Assembly: GCA_977030845.1 (NCBI GenBank)
Contig: OZ365109.1
Coordinates: 13,020,001-13,053,000, forward strand
Source of the DNA: Fimbriosthenelais zetlandica
Taxonomy: Eukaryota
Length of the DNA: 33,000 nt
Direction of reading: 5' to 3'
Below are positions 22,075 to 33,000 of this stretch, one piece after another; positions within the stretch are counted from its first letter, which is position 1; the number at the start of each line of letters is the position of its first letter. A program made the translations under genes and the position numbers. Below the pieces are notes generated by a model, which did no database searches, was not told where the DNA came from, and saw only the letters and a list, made by a program, of their open reading frames with translations.

Positions 22075-22330
22075 TGATTTCACTTGGCGCGACCACAGCT
22101 TTTTATGAGCCATTTACCGATGTCCGTTTTACCTCTGCCAATTAACATAAATGGCCGCCATTTATTTTTGAGGCAAGGCTATGCTAATGCCAAGTACCTA
22201 TGTCATGTGTTTTTAATTGGCGACACCAATTAAATCTTAAATGGCCAAACCAATTATAGGATTAGGGAGAGCCTCTTTTCACTTGGCTATACCAATTAAA
22301 TTATAAATGGCGGTACCAATTATAGGATTA
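22075..22330. repeat. Repeat-family fragment with internal subrepeats
   Basis: TTCACTTGGC at 22079 and 22278; AAATGGCNNNACCAATTATAGGATTAGG twice ~65 bp apart; related sequence at 26361-26445. Confidence 0.6.
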
Positions 22331-24904
22331 GGTGGGCCTGGGCCATTTAGGTTTGAAATATTTATATTATTAATTTTTTGGTTAAATATGGTTGCAAATA
22401 ATTTACCACTAATTATAGAATTAAATAAACGCATATATGAAATATTATGTACAAATTTTATTCGATAATCCCTCGAATATATATACAAAATCTAATGCAT
22501 TATCACAATGCAAAGTCATCATAATAATCCAAATAATTCATCAAAAAATAACAATGGAATCTATGTATGGAATAATTAAAGCGTTATCACATAATGCAAA
22601 CGAACCTAATCAAAATAGACATGGATGACAAATGGACACAATTGTACCAAAATGTTGATACTTTCATCGACACACAATAATAAATATCTCACAAATCTAA
22701 ATATATAAAGAAAATGTAAGCATTATCACAGAATGGTTTAATAAAAATCATTAGCATGAATAGTAAATGTACACAGGTGCACCCAAGATTCTGAAACATT
22801 CGTCACAAGAAAATATTAAATACCTCACAGGTATTATTTTATCTAAATATAAAATAAGTAAAGTATTACCATAAAATGGTAAATAAACATAATTAACATG
22901 GAAGGTGAATACCTCAAAATATACAATAATTGATTGCCTGATCGAGAGAGCGAAGTAATCGTACATTCAAACATGGGTGAATAGCACATACAGATGTCTC
23001 AATTTTACCGAGATTTGAAGCACTTAATACAAAAAAACAAAAGTTCCATCGTCACACTAAAATATTATTACCACTGAAATATAAATATACAGTAATTTAA
23101 CTTTTAGATGTGATTAGATGGCTTCAATTCAGACATAGAGGGATATAATTGGTTCTCATTTTTAAGCCTGTGTCAGAAGGTCTCATGATGAGAAATTATT
23201 CCATTACCCTGCATCATTTTCCTTGAAATGAATTAACCGCGTAAAATCAGCACTTTTTAGACAGTGCCGTTGTGTTGAATGTCATTTGTTCACATAATTT
23301 ATATACAATTACATTCCAATATTCCATTGAAATTGTGCATATCGTGTCTCTTTTTAAACAGATCCGTGTCTCGTGTCCTCATGTCACAATAATGTCTCGA
23401 TTTTAAGGTTGTGTTGTGGTGCCAATCGCGTCGAATTTTACCCATTTACATATCCATACATACGGTTAAGTATTCTCATAGCATGTGTTACATGGCGACT
23501 TCAGATGCATTCCAGTTTGGTCAGCCTCATTTCAGATGATTTATGTTGGGTGAATTGTTTCCTTTACATGGGTACTCTGTAAAGAGAATAAACGAGGTGT
23601 TATAGCACAATATATTAATCTTAACAAAAAGGTTCAGAACTTTGGGAATAATAACTGATATTGTTGGTCAATGAATCATTAGTAAATATAATACTAACCT
23701 GTAACCGCTGTAATGTGTGTCAGTGCCTTCTTGATGAGTGATGCCCATTGAATTGATATCAAACTTTTGATACCATCGAAACATACACGTGTACCGTTAA
23801 TCTGAATTAAAAATAATAGAAATAAGAACAAAAGTATAAGTAAATTGTCTGAAAAGTCGCCTTACGAATTGCCGTCATATATATTCATAATATTTTTACA
23901 AAAATGGACTATGGATGTCTTATACCGGACAATAAAATTATATCTCAATATATTTTAACAGTAAGCATTTTCCCTCACACTTCACACTCACAGGGAAAGC
24001 TTCACCTCCAAAATGCATGGCAGGGAAGGGGGTAACAGGTGGTAGCGTGACCTAATTATTCACCAATACTTATTAACACCTTTTTACATACTTCAAAAGT
24101 ACCTTTCATATGACCTCAAAATAATGTGAACATTATTAAATGTAAGAAATTCCACAGAATTACAAAGAGAAACTTACTCAAACTCCTGTGCCTCCATCAC
24201 ACACATGGCCTATGTCATAGGTTCCCTGGGTCCCTCCTGTTCATTGCCTATTAATAAAACAATACCGGATATTATACTCTGATAGTTTTAAAACATAATC
24301 ACATGATAAAGATGCATGTATGACTGGGGATAAATCCATGTTGCCATCTTTTTCCACACAAAGAATTGTCAAGTTGTACTGCTTGGGTCCCCCCCCCCCC
24401 CCTACATGGATAGATATCCCCTTAACATTCCCCTCATAGAGGCCGGTATTCCTGGGACTGACCCCGACATGCTTCCCCCCACCCCTTCCCCTATCACTCA
24501 AACAACGATCTCGCATGTTTTCCTGTCCCTCTCTAGCTGGTAATTCAATTCAAGGTCATGCATTATCTAAAACCATGCATAGGGATTCACATGTAATTCA
24601 TGAGCATGTATATAGATATTCCGTAATGCTATAATGCTATACTTACATTAATATTGCCGCAAAAGTGTCCGTTGATAATGGCGACTCTGCTTCTGGGTTT
24701 CCTCCGGCTAGACAGGTCTCAATCCCGCATTAAATAATTAAAATCTATTCTACCATCACGTTTTTGTTTGATTGAAGCAGATAAATTAATCCAAAGACCA
24801 TTCCACTTTATGTGTAAATATCTCGCTGAAATTCCCATGTAAATGTATGAACAAAACTTTAATAGTAGGCTAAATTATGTTGACCATTCAGGGAATAATG
24901 ATAT

Positions 24905-25495
24905 TAACTGCGGGATTGAAATATTAATCCTTCAGCAGCTTGTCCGGGGAGGGGGGGGGGGGCACTCGGACTCGGAATCAAATATAGTACTAGGTAGTAG
25001 GGCTTGTTTTCTATCTGTTTTTAATCATTCATGTACCCCTTTTTACATTTACAAAGAGGAACAGAACCATTTTTTTCAAAATGTAGTGGCCTTTGGTGTT
25101 CCTTGAGACTCCGGACTGGCACTTAAAACAAAAGACTGCCGATGAGTAACCCCCCACCCCCCACACACACCCACCATCTTCCAAACACGCGTCCCCTCTT
25201 TGTATAGTCCTATTCTGTCATTATGTTTTAACTGCGGGCTTGAAAATATACCTGGAGCAGCATGTAACTGCATGTCCGGGGGCACTCGGAATCAAAGATG
25301 GTACTAGATAGGGCTTGTTTCCTTTCTGTTTTTAATCATACATGTACCCCTTTTCACATTTGCAAAGAGGAAAATTTGTTTGTTTTCCAAATTTTGTGAA
25401 CTTTTATGTTGACATTAAAATAACCCTTTTCCTTGTGAGTCTATGGCGCTTGTAGCAAAACAAAAGACTGCCAATTAGTAATGCCGGGGGGCCAA
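24905..25495. repeat. Two-unit tandem duplication, period ~325-330 bp
   Basis: TAACTGCGGG at 24905 and 25229; GGGGCACTCGG..AATCAAA..GTACTAG..TAGGGCTTGTTT..CTGTTTTTAATCAT.CATGTACCCCTTTT.ACATTT.CAAAGAGGAA in both units; AAAACAAAAGACTGCC at 25125 and 25457. Confidence 0.9.
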
Positions 25496-26360
25496 AACCT
25501 TAATGGCTGAATTTGTGCGACAGAAGCCAGCCACGTACGATCGAGATTATCACACCCATAGGTTTCACTTCAGCTGAATACATGCTTTTGTCACCTTTGT
25601 GTCAGGTGGCATGTATATGAGCCGAATACACACGTCTGGCGGAACAAAAATAATACCTATTTCTGTTTTAATTGGTAAATTTCCTGTACTACGTTACTTT
25701 TATTTTTTTGTACTGTTATTATCATCATCGCCATCTTATAATGTGTATATTGCTGTACATATCATAATGTCGGTTTCCCATGTATCATTATTGTAACTAT
25801 AACTTTTGATTTAATTCAAGGAATAAATGATTCTATACATGTATTTCACAGGTTATACCAAATTTCATGGACAGTAAAATAATTACTACCCAAAATTATT
25901 TCCATATTGGCTGTGATAACCTAATAACTTGTATTAAAGCTTAACCCCAAATTCGCACATTAGGGGCGACCCATATTTCGCCCCACACCTAGCTATATCC
26001 CCGATTCTATAGTCATGTTCTGTTAATATATATTTCACACATCATTCACGCACCCCAAAGTGTGAATCAATGTATATAATTGACTATGCTTTTCACATCT
26101 AGAACTTGGCTTGTGGGACTCAACCCACACTAGCTGTAATCTCCTATGCGGGGTGAGGCGGGCGGGTGGGTGGCGGGAGGGGGGGGGGGGGCTTATGCTA
26201 ATGAGGTAGGGTAGCATTCATAGCCTTATGTTTGTTTGAATTAATTGAAGGCCAAGTATTCAAGGAAATGCCATTGAAATGCCATTGAATGTCAATTGAC
26301 ATAAGTGTAATTTTAAATGGCCGAAATTGGGCTAAGCGATGCGCCCCGAGAACAATAGAA

Positions 26361-26445
26361 TTTCACTTGGCTAAATTAGGTATGTGAATTCTACGTGACA
26401 TTGCGTGTTTTTTAATGGCGGTCACTTAGTTTTAATAGGATTTCT
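26361..26445. repeat. Fragment related to the 22075-22330 repeat
   Basis: TTTCACTTGGCTA and GTGTTTTTTAATGGCGG resemble TTTCACTTGGCTA and GTGTTTTTAATTGGCG at 22.2 kb. Confidence 0.45.
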
Positions 26446-27949
26446 AACAGTGCAGTTAAGTGTTTGTTGTGATACTGTTTCCTCACTAGGGTGTTTTTGT
26501 ATGTGATTTTAAAACTCAACTCAATTTAACTCAAAACGAGCGATTATGTTGCATCACTTCTTGTGTCTTCTAAGACTTGGATGGCTTATTATATGGCCTT
26601 CCATTGAATCTACATTTTGCTGCAAAGTTGTGATATCCACTGTGCATATAGGTTGTATTTTGCTCAATTTTCAAGATTCCATGACGCAGCTGACTGTAGG
26701 CTCTAGAATTGAACTGCAAGCCTGTACATGCAAGCCCTTATGCCCAGTGTATTATAACGGCTAGGCCTATACTAATACTTGGATTGAATCTGTTACTGAA
26801 CAGTTCGATCAACTATGACCTTGACTTCCACGTATGCCTAACCTTGATCCCTGCAGTGACAAAAAATGTCCTCTTAACAACCTTAGGCCAGGAACCCACA
26901 TGATTCTCTCTGCTCCGGATGCGATTGTGTCTGCACCGGAAGCAGTCTTGTCGCAGGTCAGACAATTTCAATTTGACCGGCGTCTATTGGTCGAAACGTG
27001 GTCACATGAGTGTGTGGAGCACTTAAACAATTGGTTGAATGATTGTCATGTCAAACGGTCCAAATGCATTATGTTGAATCCATCAGAATGTGCATGGCCT
27101 GGGTGGCAGCCATCTCTAGAGGCTTGGGTTTTGGGCTGATAGGACCAGTGAGAATGAGTAGATGTACATGATTTTCACTACATGGGTTCGGTTCACAAGG
27201 TGGGTTGGAGTGGTATGGAAGGATGTTGGTTGACTGTTGTGGAAGGACATTAACCTGTAAATATTTGTATCCCTGGTTATCAGAGCAATCCAGGTCAGAT
27301 TGGGAGGATGCATCAATATATTCATTTTCAAATGTTTTGTTGTCTTTCAATATCCATATCATGTATAATTCACCAGTTTGTCATCCTGCGTACATTAAAA
27401 TACTGTAACACTACTTTTCTAAAAATATATTTTAGACCTATAATACTATATTATGTTATAAAACCAGCCTTGTGGCAAAAATTTTCTTTAATGTAACATC
27501 CAATTGGGCAAAAAATTCTGCTCCTGTTTATATCATGCAACAATATCTAAACCATCTTCTGAAATTTTACTACCATTTGATATCCATTAAACGCCTGTAA
27601 AAGCTGTTTTACATGCTTTCCTATAGGCACTTCTGTACACCGAGTGACCCTGGCTTAACCAACACTTTTTCTGCGGGGGAAGATTGCCCTCATGCTCCTC
27701 TTCCTCATGTTGTCAGTTAGAACTGTCCCATCATCCTGATAAATCAGTGCGTCTGAGATGGTTATAACCATAGGGGAGGGCTATAAGGGGGCAGTCACCC
27801 CTGGGGGCAGCGGGGACACCTGTCTTATATTTCGGAGGCAGTGACTTAAGCGCTTGTAATTCAGCTAGTACATGCACTTAAGCTGCGGAGGCAGTGGTTT
27901 TGGGCATAAATCAGGACGAGCAAGGCCCCCATGTTTGCCACGACACCTA

Positions 27950-28680
27950 TCCCTATATACTCCTCCGCCCAGCAACATTCATAGAGTCATATATCAGACC
28001 CCTATACTGCCTTACCATAATCTAATGACAACCGTCCAACATCGCTTCTTTGAAATAGAAACCAATTTGCGGGAATTGGATTTGGCCCTGCCATTGGCAC
28101 CAAACTGTGCCAGACCTACTGTATAGCGGCTGGACAAGCCCAGAGATGGTGGCCCGCAAAGTCACTATAGGTGATTGTAAATATTTTAACCTGATTTGGC
28201 GAAAAACAGCTTATTCCATAAGCGTAATAGACTATATAAAGCGACAAGCATGTATACAAGAATGCCTCCCTTGAAACCAGCAGTATTCCTTTGTTAGTCG
28301 CTGCTTTATCATCCCAAAAGGCTGGGAATCTCTCCTATTTATGTCTGGATCCCCTCTGGGAATATATACCCCGTCTATAAAACACTGACCCCTGGGGGTA
28401 TTGTCGGGTCGGAACTCAATTGTAAGCGCCCCATTAGGCTCAGTGTAAGGCTGTAGGGAATCAGCCATCTGTATTCTTCTATAGCTCGGTATCAGCATAT
28501 AAAAACAGGCATATAAGGACCATGAAAGTACTGGTTATGCTATATCCCTTCATGGTCATAGATTTTGTATGGACCCTAGCGGGTGACGTGAGTAGGATAG
28601 AGAATCAGGGTTTATAGTCAGGCTAAGGCCATCCAACTGAGTGTGTTGAGGCCCCAGCCCTCTCCGCTTCAGGCCAGGGA
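27950..28680 (+). mobile_element. DIRS1-like RT fossil
   Basis: FEIETNLRELDLA...V*RLDKPRDGG (cf. ExxxLLxKxAI...YSRLFxVPKKDGG); ASLETSSI...SYLCLDPLWEYIP (cf. FKMET...DLxDAYxxIP); QL*AxPLG (cf. QFxALPFG); RIENQGL (cf. LExLG). Confidence 0.5.
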
Positions 28681-28759
28681 GGAATAAATTATGTATACTT
28701 ATCTTATCTACCATCTCTGTCAAACCATACACATGGCCTTCAAGAATGAATATTGATGA

Positions 28760-29200
28760 CTCAGCTCATGCTATCATACGTCTTGACCCGAGAAAGATGA
28801 AATACAGTCATTATACCAGGTCTTGGCTTTCTTATTAATTTTCCTAAGATGCCATTAACCTCTCCTGACTTATTTAAGGATGATGTAAACAGCTTTTCTA
28901 ATGTACTGGTTTGGGAAAGCAAAGAAAATCTTCTCCATCAGAAGGAACAAAGACTAGATGGTTGGTGTTCCACTTAAAGGACATTCATTTTCCGTCTGAA
29001 ACCTTTTACTTTTTAAACTAAAGTCATATATATTGAGAAGGAGCAGATCAAGTGGCCTGCCTTCTTCATTTGAAACGACTTAGCTGTGGATACTACCAAT
29101 TGAGATCTATTATCATAGCCTGTTAAAGAGTGGCCCACGCGAATGATTCATGATAACAAGAAAGACTCAAGTCCTCCAGTCAGCTCCAGCTAAAGCCCTC
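28760..29200 (-). mobile_element. Possible LINE APE-endonuclease and linker remnant
   Basis: IIRVG..., MIIDL..., AGHLICSFSI and KAKTWYNDCI loosely resemble IxNG, SxIDY, SDH and PW motifs. Weak. Confidence 0.25.
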
Positions 29201-29949
29201 TCTCCTCTTCTGTCTCCATCCAAGGCCGCTGATACGATTTTCACCCCCAGACTCTCAACACAAGGGGTTTGTGTTTCACTCCAGTATGCAAATATCATGT
29301 GCTCGCCAGAGAACCTACGGATGTGGGGGTGAATACTGGAAGAAGGGAATTAGCCGCGTGCTGTGTGTGTGCCTCGTCTAATATCTAAGTCGCAGAGAGA
29401 GCCTTTGGGCTGTGGTCCTTGTATCAGACGATGATTATTTGCTCTCTTTATTGAGTCTGGGCCTGAGAGCCACTGACACGTCTGACGATGGCAATAAAAC
29501 AGAGCTTGAATGCTGCAGAAACAGCAATAACAAGGGTCAGCAATGACGTCAGACAATCGGCGCGGGTCTCAATTTCAGTATTGATTCCGGCCGGGCTTAC
29601 TTATTTACTTACTCCGGTAATAATAAATCCTTGAGGAATAGGAAACTGATGTATAGATGGAAGTTCTCTGGCTGAACAACGGGTATTTTTATACTCGTTG
29701 GGCTGAAACTGGGAAAAAAATATATTCAAAACATTGAACAATTATGTGGTAAACAGTGCTGAGATAAACTTATGAAAATGATCGCACATCAAGAACACAC
29801 AATACGTCATATATATTAAGAATATTTGAATAAATATTTTTGAATTTTGATATGATTTCTTCAAGGAGAAATTGGAAACCGGTCTTATTCACACGCCTGC
29901 CATATCTGTTCATTTCAAATTGGGATGCCTTTGTGACTAGCTCATAATA

Positions 29950-30620
29950 AAAGTGACCTTATGTTTCGAAACCTGAACCGTGTTGTTGACTTGACTCACA
30001 CGATAGTTGCCCACTTTCTCATCACTTTCTCATTTGAGCTTCTTAATTTCTTCTGGCTTGAGTGGCCGGCCCCCTCTGAGACAGAGCTGGCCTGGCGGGA
30101 GCTGGCTGGCCACCATGTGGGACGTCACAGCCAAATCCAATGAGAATTGCCTTCCTTATGGTGTCATCCACTGATATTACTGATCATTACCTGCTGTCCA
30201 TTCAGTGCCAAGCAACCCAATTACCTGCATCTTCCCCTGGCTGACCACTGCTGGCCAAGAGGTATTTACGCCAGGATCAATGCGGGATGGAATGCCCACA
30301 CTTCGTGCAATGCAGAAAATCTCCGTCCAGATCTGCCACCTGTCGATGCCAACCCCCTCTAGTGGCCTTTATTGACAACCGTGACACTGAAGAATCACGT
30401 GATCCCCCTGATATAAAGGTCGTAGCCGGGGAAGCCGAGGCCAGTTCAAAAGGCCACTGTGGACGTCCCGGTTTGTTGTCGGAGTTGCAAAATTCCCTAA
30501 ATATACCGATTGATTTTTCTTCACATCAAATCCCGGGTTTAGAATAGCTCCCCTGATGTCCGCAGCTGTTGGCACACCTCTTCTGATCCCCGCTATTTAA
30601 ACGTCAAGTGACCTTTCAAT
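29950..30620 (-). mobile_element. DIRS1-like RT fossil
   Basis: YLGNFATPTTN...GLLNWPRL; IKATRGGWHRQVADLDGDFLH...H*SWRKYLLASSGQ (cf. GxWxxxxDLxDAYLH...RKYLxF..G); SVISVDDTI (cf. YLDD); LCLRGGRPLKPEEIKKL. Confidence 0.6.
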
Positions 30621-30866
30621 GGAGATTTCTTTTCTTTGAATCTATTCGTGTGAACTTCAAGGAGAAACAATGGGCATTGAAAAACTAGTTGATTTCAAAT
30701 TTGAATGCGAATCTATTGATGTCTAGTTATATGAACACTAAAGGGATGTCTGTATTCAGAGGAAATATAAGACCCACTGTACATTATGGTAACACCTTAT
30801 TGCTCTCGTTTAAAAGTCTTGAATCCTGTCTGATACAGTAGTGTTGTACAAGAAAATCAATGGCGA

Positions 30867-30976
30867 GGGCCATTGCAAGAATAGCAAATAACTTGCAACA
30901 GCAAATAACCTGAACTCACTTAAAAGTCATTTCAAGTTATTTGCTGATATACATTATCAGACCTGAGTTGCAATAG
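30867..30976. mobile_element. Palindromic MITE remnant with GGGCCATTGCA terminus
   Basis: Terminus GGGCCATTGCA is shared with the 9504 element. Inverted CAGCAAATAACCTGAA (30899-30914) / TTCAAGTTATTTGCTG (30931-30946), with an extra direct AGCAAATAAC copy. Confidence 0.6.
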
Positions 30977-31428
30977 ATTCAAAAGTTGAACCGAGAGGCA
31001 TGCAGTCGGGTCTTGTAATATACCGCGGGCCTAATGCTTCTGGCATCAGAGACTGTCTAAGAGGATTCAGCGGGAGGGCAGTCTGGAGAGTCGGTCCACT
31101 AATTGAAACGGGGAAGAACTGGCCACAGAATCTTGTCTTAGGAAGGCAATGGGACAAGGAGAGGCAAATTAATTGTACCTGTTACATCTTTCCAGGCGAC
31201 CCTACTTTAGGGGCTTTAACCAGGCAAATGTGGGATCTTGACTGGATTGATCATTAGTAGGCTCGTTCATTAGGTCTCCCCCACTGAGTCTTGCTCTTTC
31301 ATTTGTGCAACATCTTTTATCTTTCAAATGTTTGCCGATCGTTAATATCTTTCTGATATTAATTTCAGCATATACAGTATATTCTACTTATATGGAAGTA
31401 CGAAATCTAATTTAGATAAAAATTGGAT

Positions 31429-31670
31429 GGGAGTTAGCTCAGTTGGTTAGAGCGCCAGCTCATACGGGGTGATTGGCCAATGATCGAAGGGTCGGCGGTT
31501 CAATCCCCCGAGCTGTCCAAGGCATTTCCAAGCCTCCCTCCTCAGGGTGTTGGTGTGTTGTACATGTATACATGTATGTTCTAGAGCACATGCACCTAGA
31601 AAAATCCATTGCGCAGAAGGCAATGTAGATGTGCACATGAATAAAGAGCCCCCAGCTGAAAATCATATGT
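31429..31670 (+). mobile_element. tRNA-derived SINE
   Basis: Head GGGAGTTAGCTCAGTTGGTTAGAGCG with A box TAGCTCAGTTGG (31435) and B box GGTTCAATCC (31497). The cloverleaf is imperfect. It is followed by a unique body with a CATTGC-N7-GCAATG hairpin (31607-31625) and AATAAA. 3' end is approximate. Confidence 0.75.
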
Positions 31671-31899
31671 AAAACTTGAAATATCAAGATTGTGAGCTGG
31701 CTTCACCAATAATATGGCTCTATAAAAATTCTAACTAAAAGAAATTGTCTTTCTTTCACCAACTTGAAAATCTTGGGCAGGCCCATGCACATACATTATA
31801 CCATTATGTCCACATGATGAAAGTGGCCTTAGGAATATGACGGAAGGCAACTGGTGATTTCTCCTTGTGAACCCAAGTGCTTAATGACACCTTGGCAGG

Positions 31900-32400
31900 C
31901 TCGCTCTTTTACAACAACCGGTAGTCCCTTGCAAGTCACCAAAGAGGCGGGCAATAGCATGGTAGACAACCATTAGGTCCCCACTGGGTCTGTGTCCAGG
32001 TGTTGATGGGCCCGTGTTTCTCAGACCGGCGTCCTCTGAGACATCTGGACTTGTGATTCATTGGTTCCATTACGGTGTAGCGATGAGGTATATATGGCCT
32101 CCGACAGACCTGAAAGCGGTCCCGCCAGAAGCCCCCTCCTGCACTCTGGGAACGGCTCTCATTTATACTTTATGGCCTCACGTGGTGAGGAAAGGGTCGA
32201 AAGTAGGTCCTGATGGGAGCACCCCAGAGGTATGGCACTGTCTCTGATCTCCCGGGCTGACAATTCCAGGCTAAGATCAAGGTGAAACGCCAAAATGGGC
32301 GAGTCGCCGACTGGGTCTATTTGTAACTGTCGCGTCTGTGGCTCTGTGCCCTTTGGTGGGAACCTCACCAGTGTCTTACTAACAATCAATGGACTGTGCA
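31900..32400 (-). mobile_element. DIRS1-like tyrosine recombinase fossil
   Basis: HSPLI; ILAFHLDLSLELSAREIRDSAI (cf. KxAFLLAxxSARRxxE); TYFRPFPHHVRP*SINE (cf. LxPxPxFxPK...HxNQ); RFQVCRRPYIPHRYT (cf. LCxxRALxxY); GPINTW. Confidence 0.45.
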
Positions 32401-33000
32401 TGATGTATTAACATGCTAGGTCACCCTGCCCTCCAGTCTTTGAATATCCATGGATAAATCCATGATTTACGACAAGTATTTTATATCCTTATCTACCTCA
32501 TATTTGACATCCAAGTACTATATATCTCCAAATAGTTATACAGTACTTGTGACTTCATATCGACATGTGCATGTGTACCGGTAATTTTGATTATCCATCG
32601 ATAATAGCAATGATTCATGAAAAGCATTTTATATCCTTGTCTGCCTCATAATTGAACGTCCAAGTACTAATAATATGCCCAAATCTTTACAGTTCTTATA
32701 ACTGTAAACCGATTGTCCTTTTTCATTTTGACGACGACCTCAGTAGACCTAGCCGATCCGGTTCTTGTGAAGGAACACTTTTTACTACACAAAGATGAAT
32801 GGCCATGGATATACACATCAATCATCTGAACCCAAAGCATAACTTTTTATTTTGTGGGGACATGAAACCTCTGTCGAAAAAGACCCTGATTTTTGTGCAC
32901 CCTACATGCCGCAGTGCCGCAAAAGCAATCAATTCCTACCATGAGAAAAGTTGTTGACCATTCCCCTCGGTGTCTGGTTTTTATCAAGCTTTTGAACCGT

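Noticed and set aside
22490-22730. TTATCACA as DnaA boxes or a bacterial origin
   Set aside because: Not the 9-mer TTATCCACA, and the context is eukaryotic TE-rich DNA.
31000-31257. 85-aa ORF as DIRS RNase H (NASG...GRQWDKERQIN)
   Set aside because: Only a faint resemblance, with wrong spacing and opposite strand to the adjacent RT fossil.
31429-31520. Functional tRNA-Met/Ile(CAT) gene
   Set aside because: T-stem and acceptor stem pair poorly, the anticodon loop is oversized, and a SINE-like body follows instead of a poly-T terminator.
1-33000. CRISPR array, operon or defence system
   Set aside because: No regularly spaced repeat-spacer units and no gene-dense long ORFs; recurring repeats are dispersed TIR elements.
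1-33000. Uni-strand piRNA cluster signature
   Set aside because: TE fossils occur on both strands with no clear orientation bias; a dual-strand cluster cannot be judged from sequence alone.
1-33000. Remaining 60-100 aa ORFs in the track
   Set aside because: Lengths are as expected by chance or from TE decay, many use alternative starts, and none shows a recognisable domain or exon chain.

Overview
AT-rich eukaryotic, probably animal, non-genic DNA; frequent TACATGTA motifs suggest a marine invertebrate, which is an inference. No intact protein-coding gene, rRNA, true tRNA or CRISPR array is supported. Manual six-frame translation through stops and frameshifts shows a dense field of old retroelement fossils, dominated by tyrosine-recombinase (YR) retrotransposons: DIRS1-like gag/RT, RNaseH-MT-YR and isolated RT or YR pieces, plus Ngaro-like RT-RNaseH and YR. 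BEL/Pao, Ty3/Gypsy and weaker LINE/hAT remnants are also present. Younger short elements are inserted into these fossils: four copies of a ~200-bp Harbinger-type MITE with TTA target sites, two copies of a related MITE, palindromic MITEs (one GATA-motif-rich and nested) and a tRNA-derived SINE. The most notable oddity is a 218-codon uninterrupted YR-derived frame (10548-11204) that appears to have lost its catalytic residues. All protein-family calls are by-eye motif matches and need profile-HMM confirmation. I found no convincing evidence of a new biological system.
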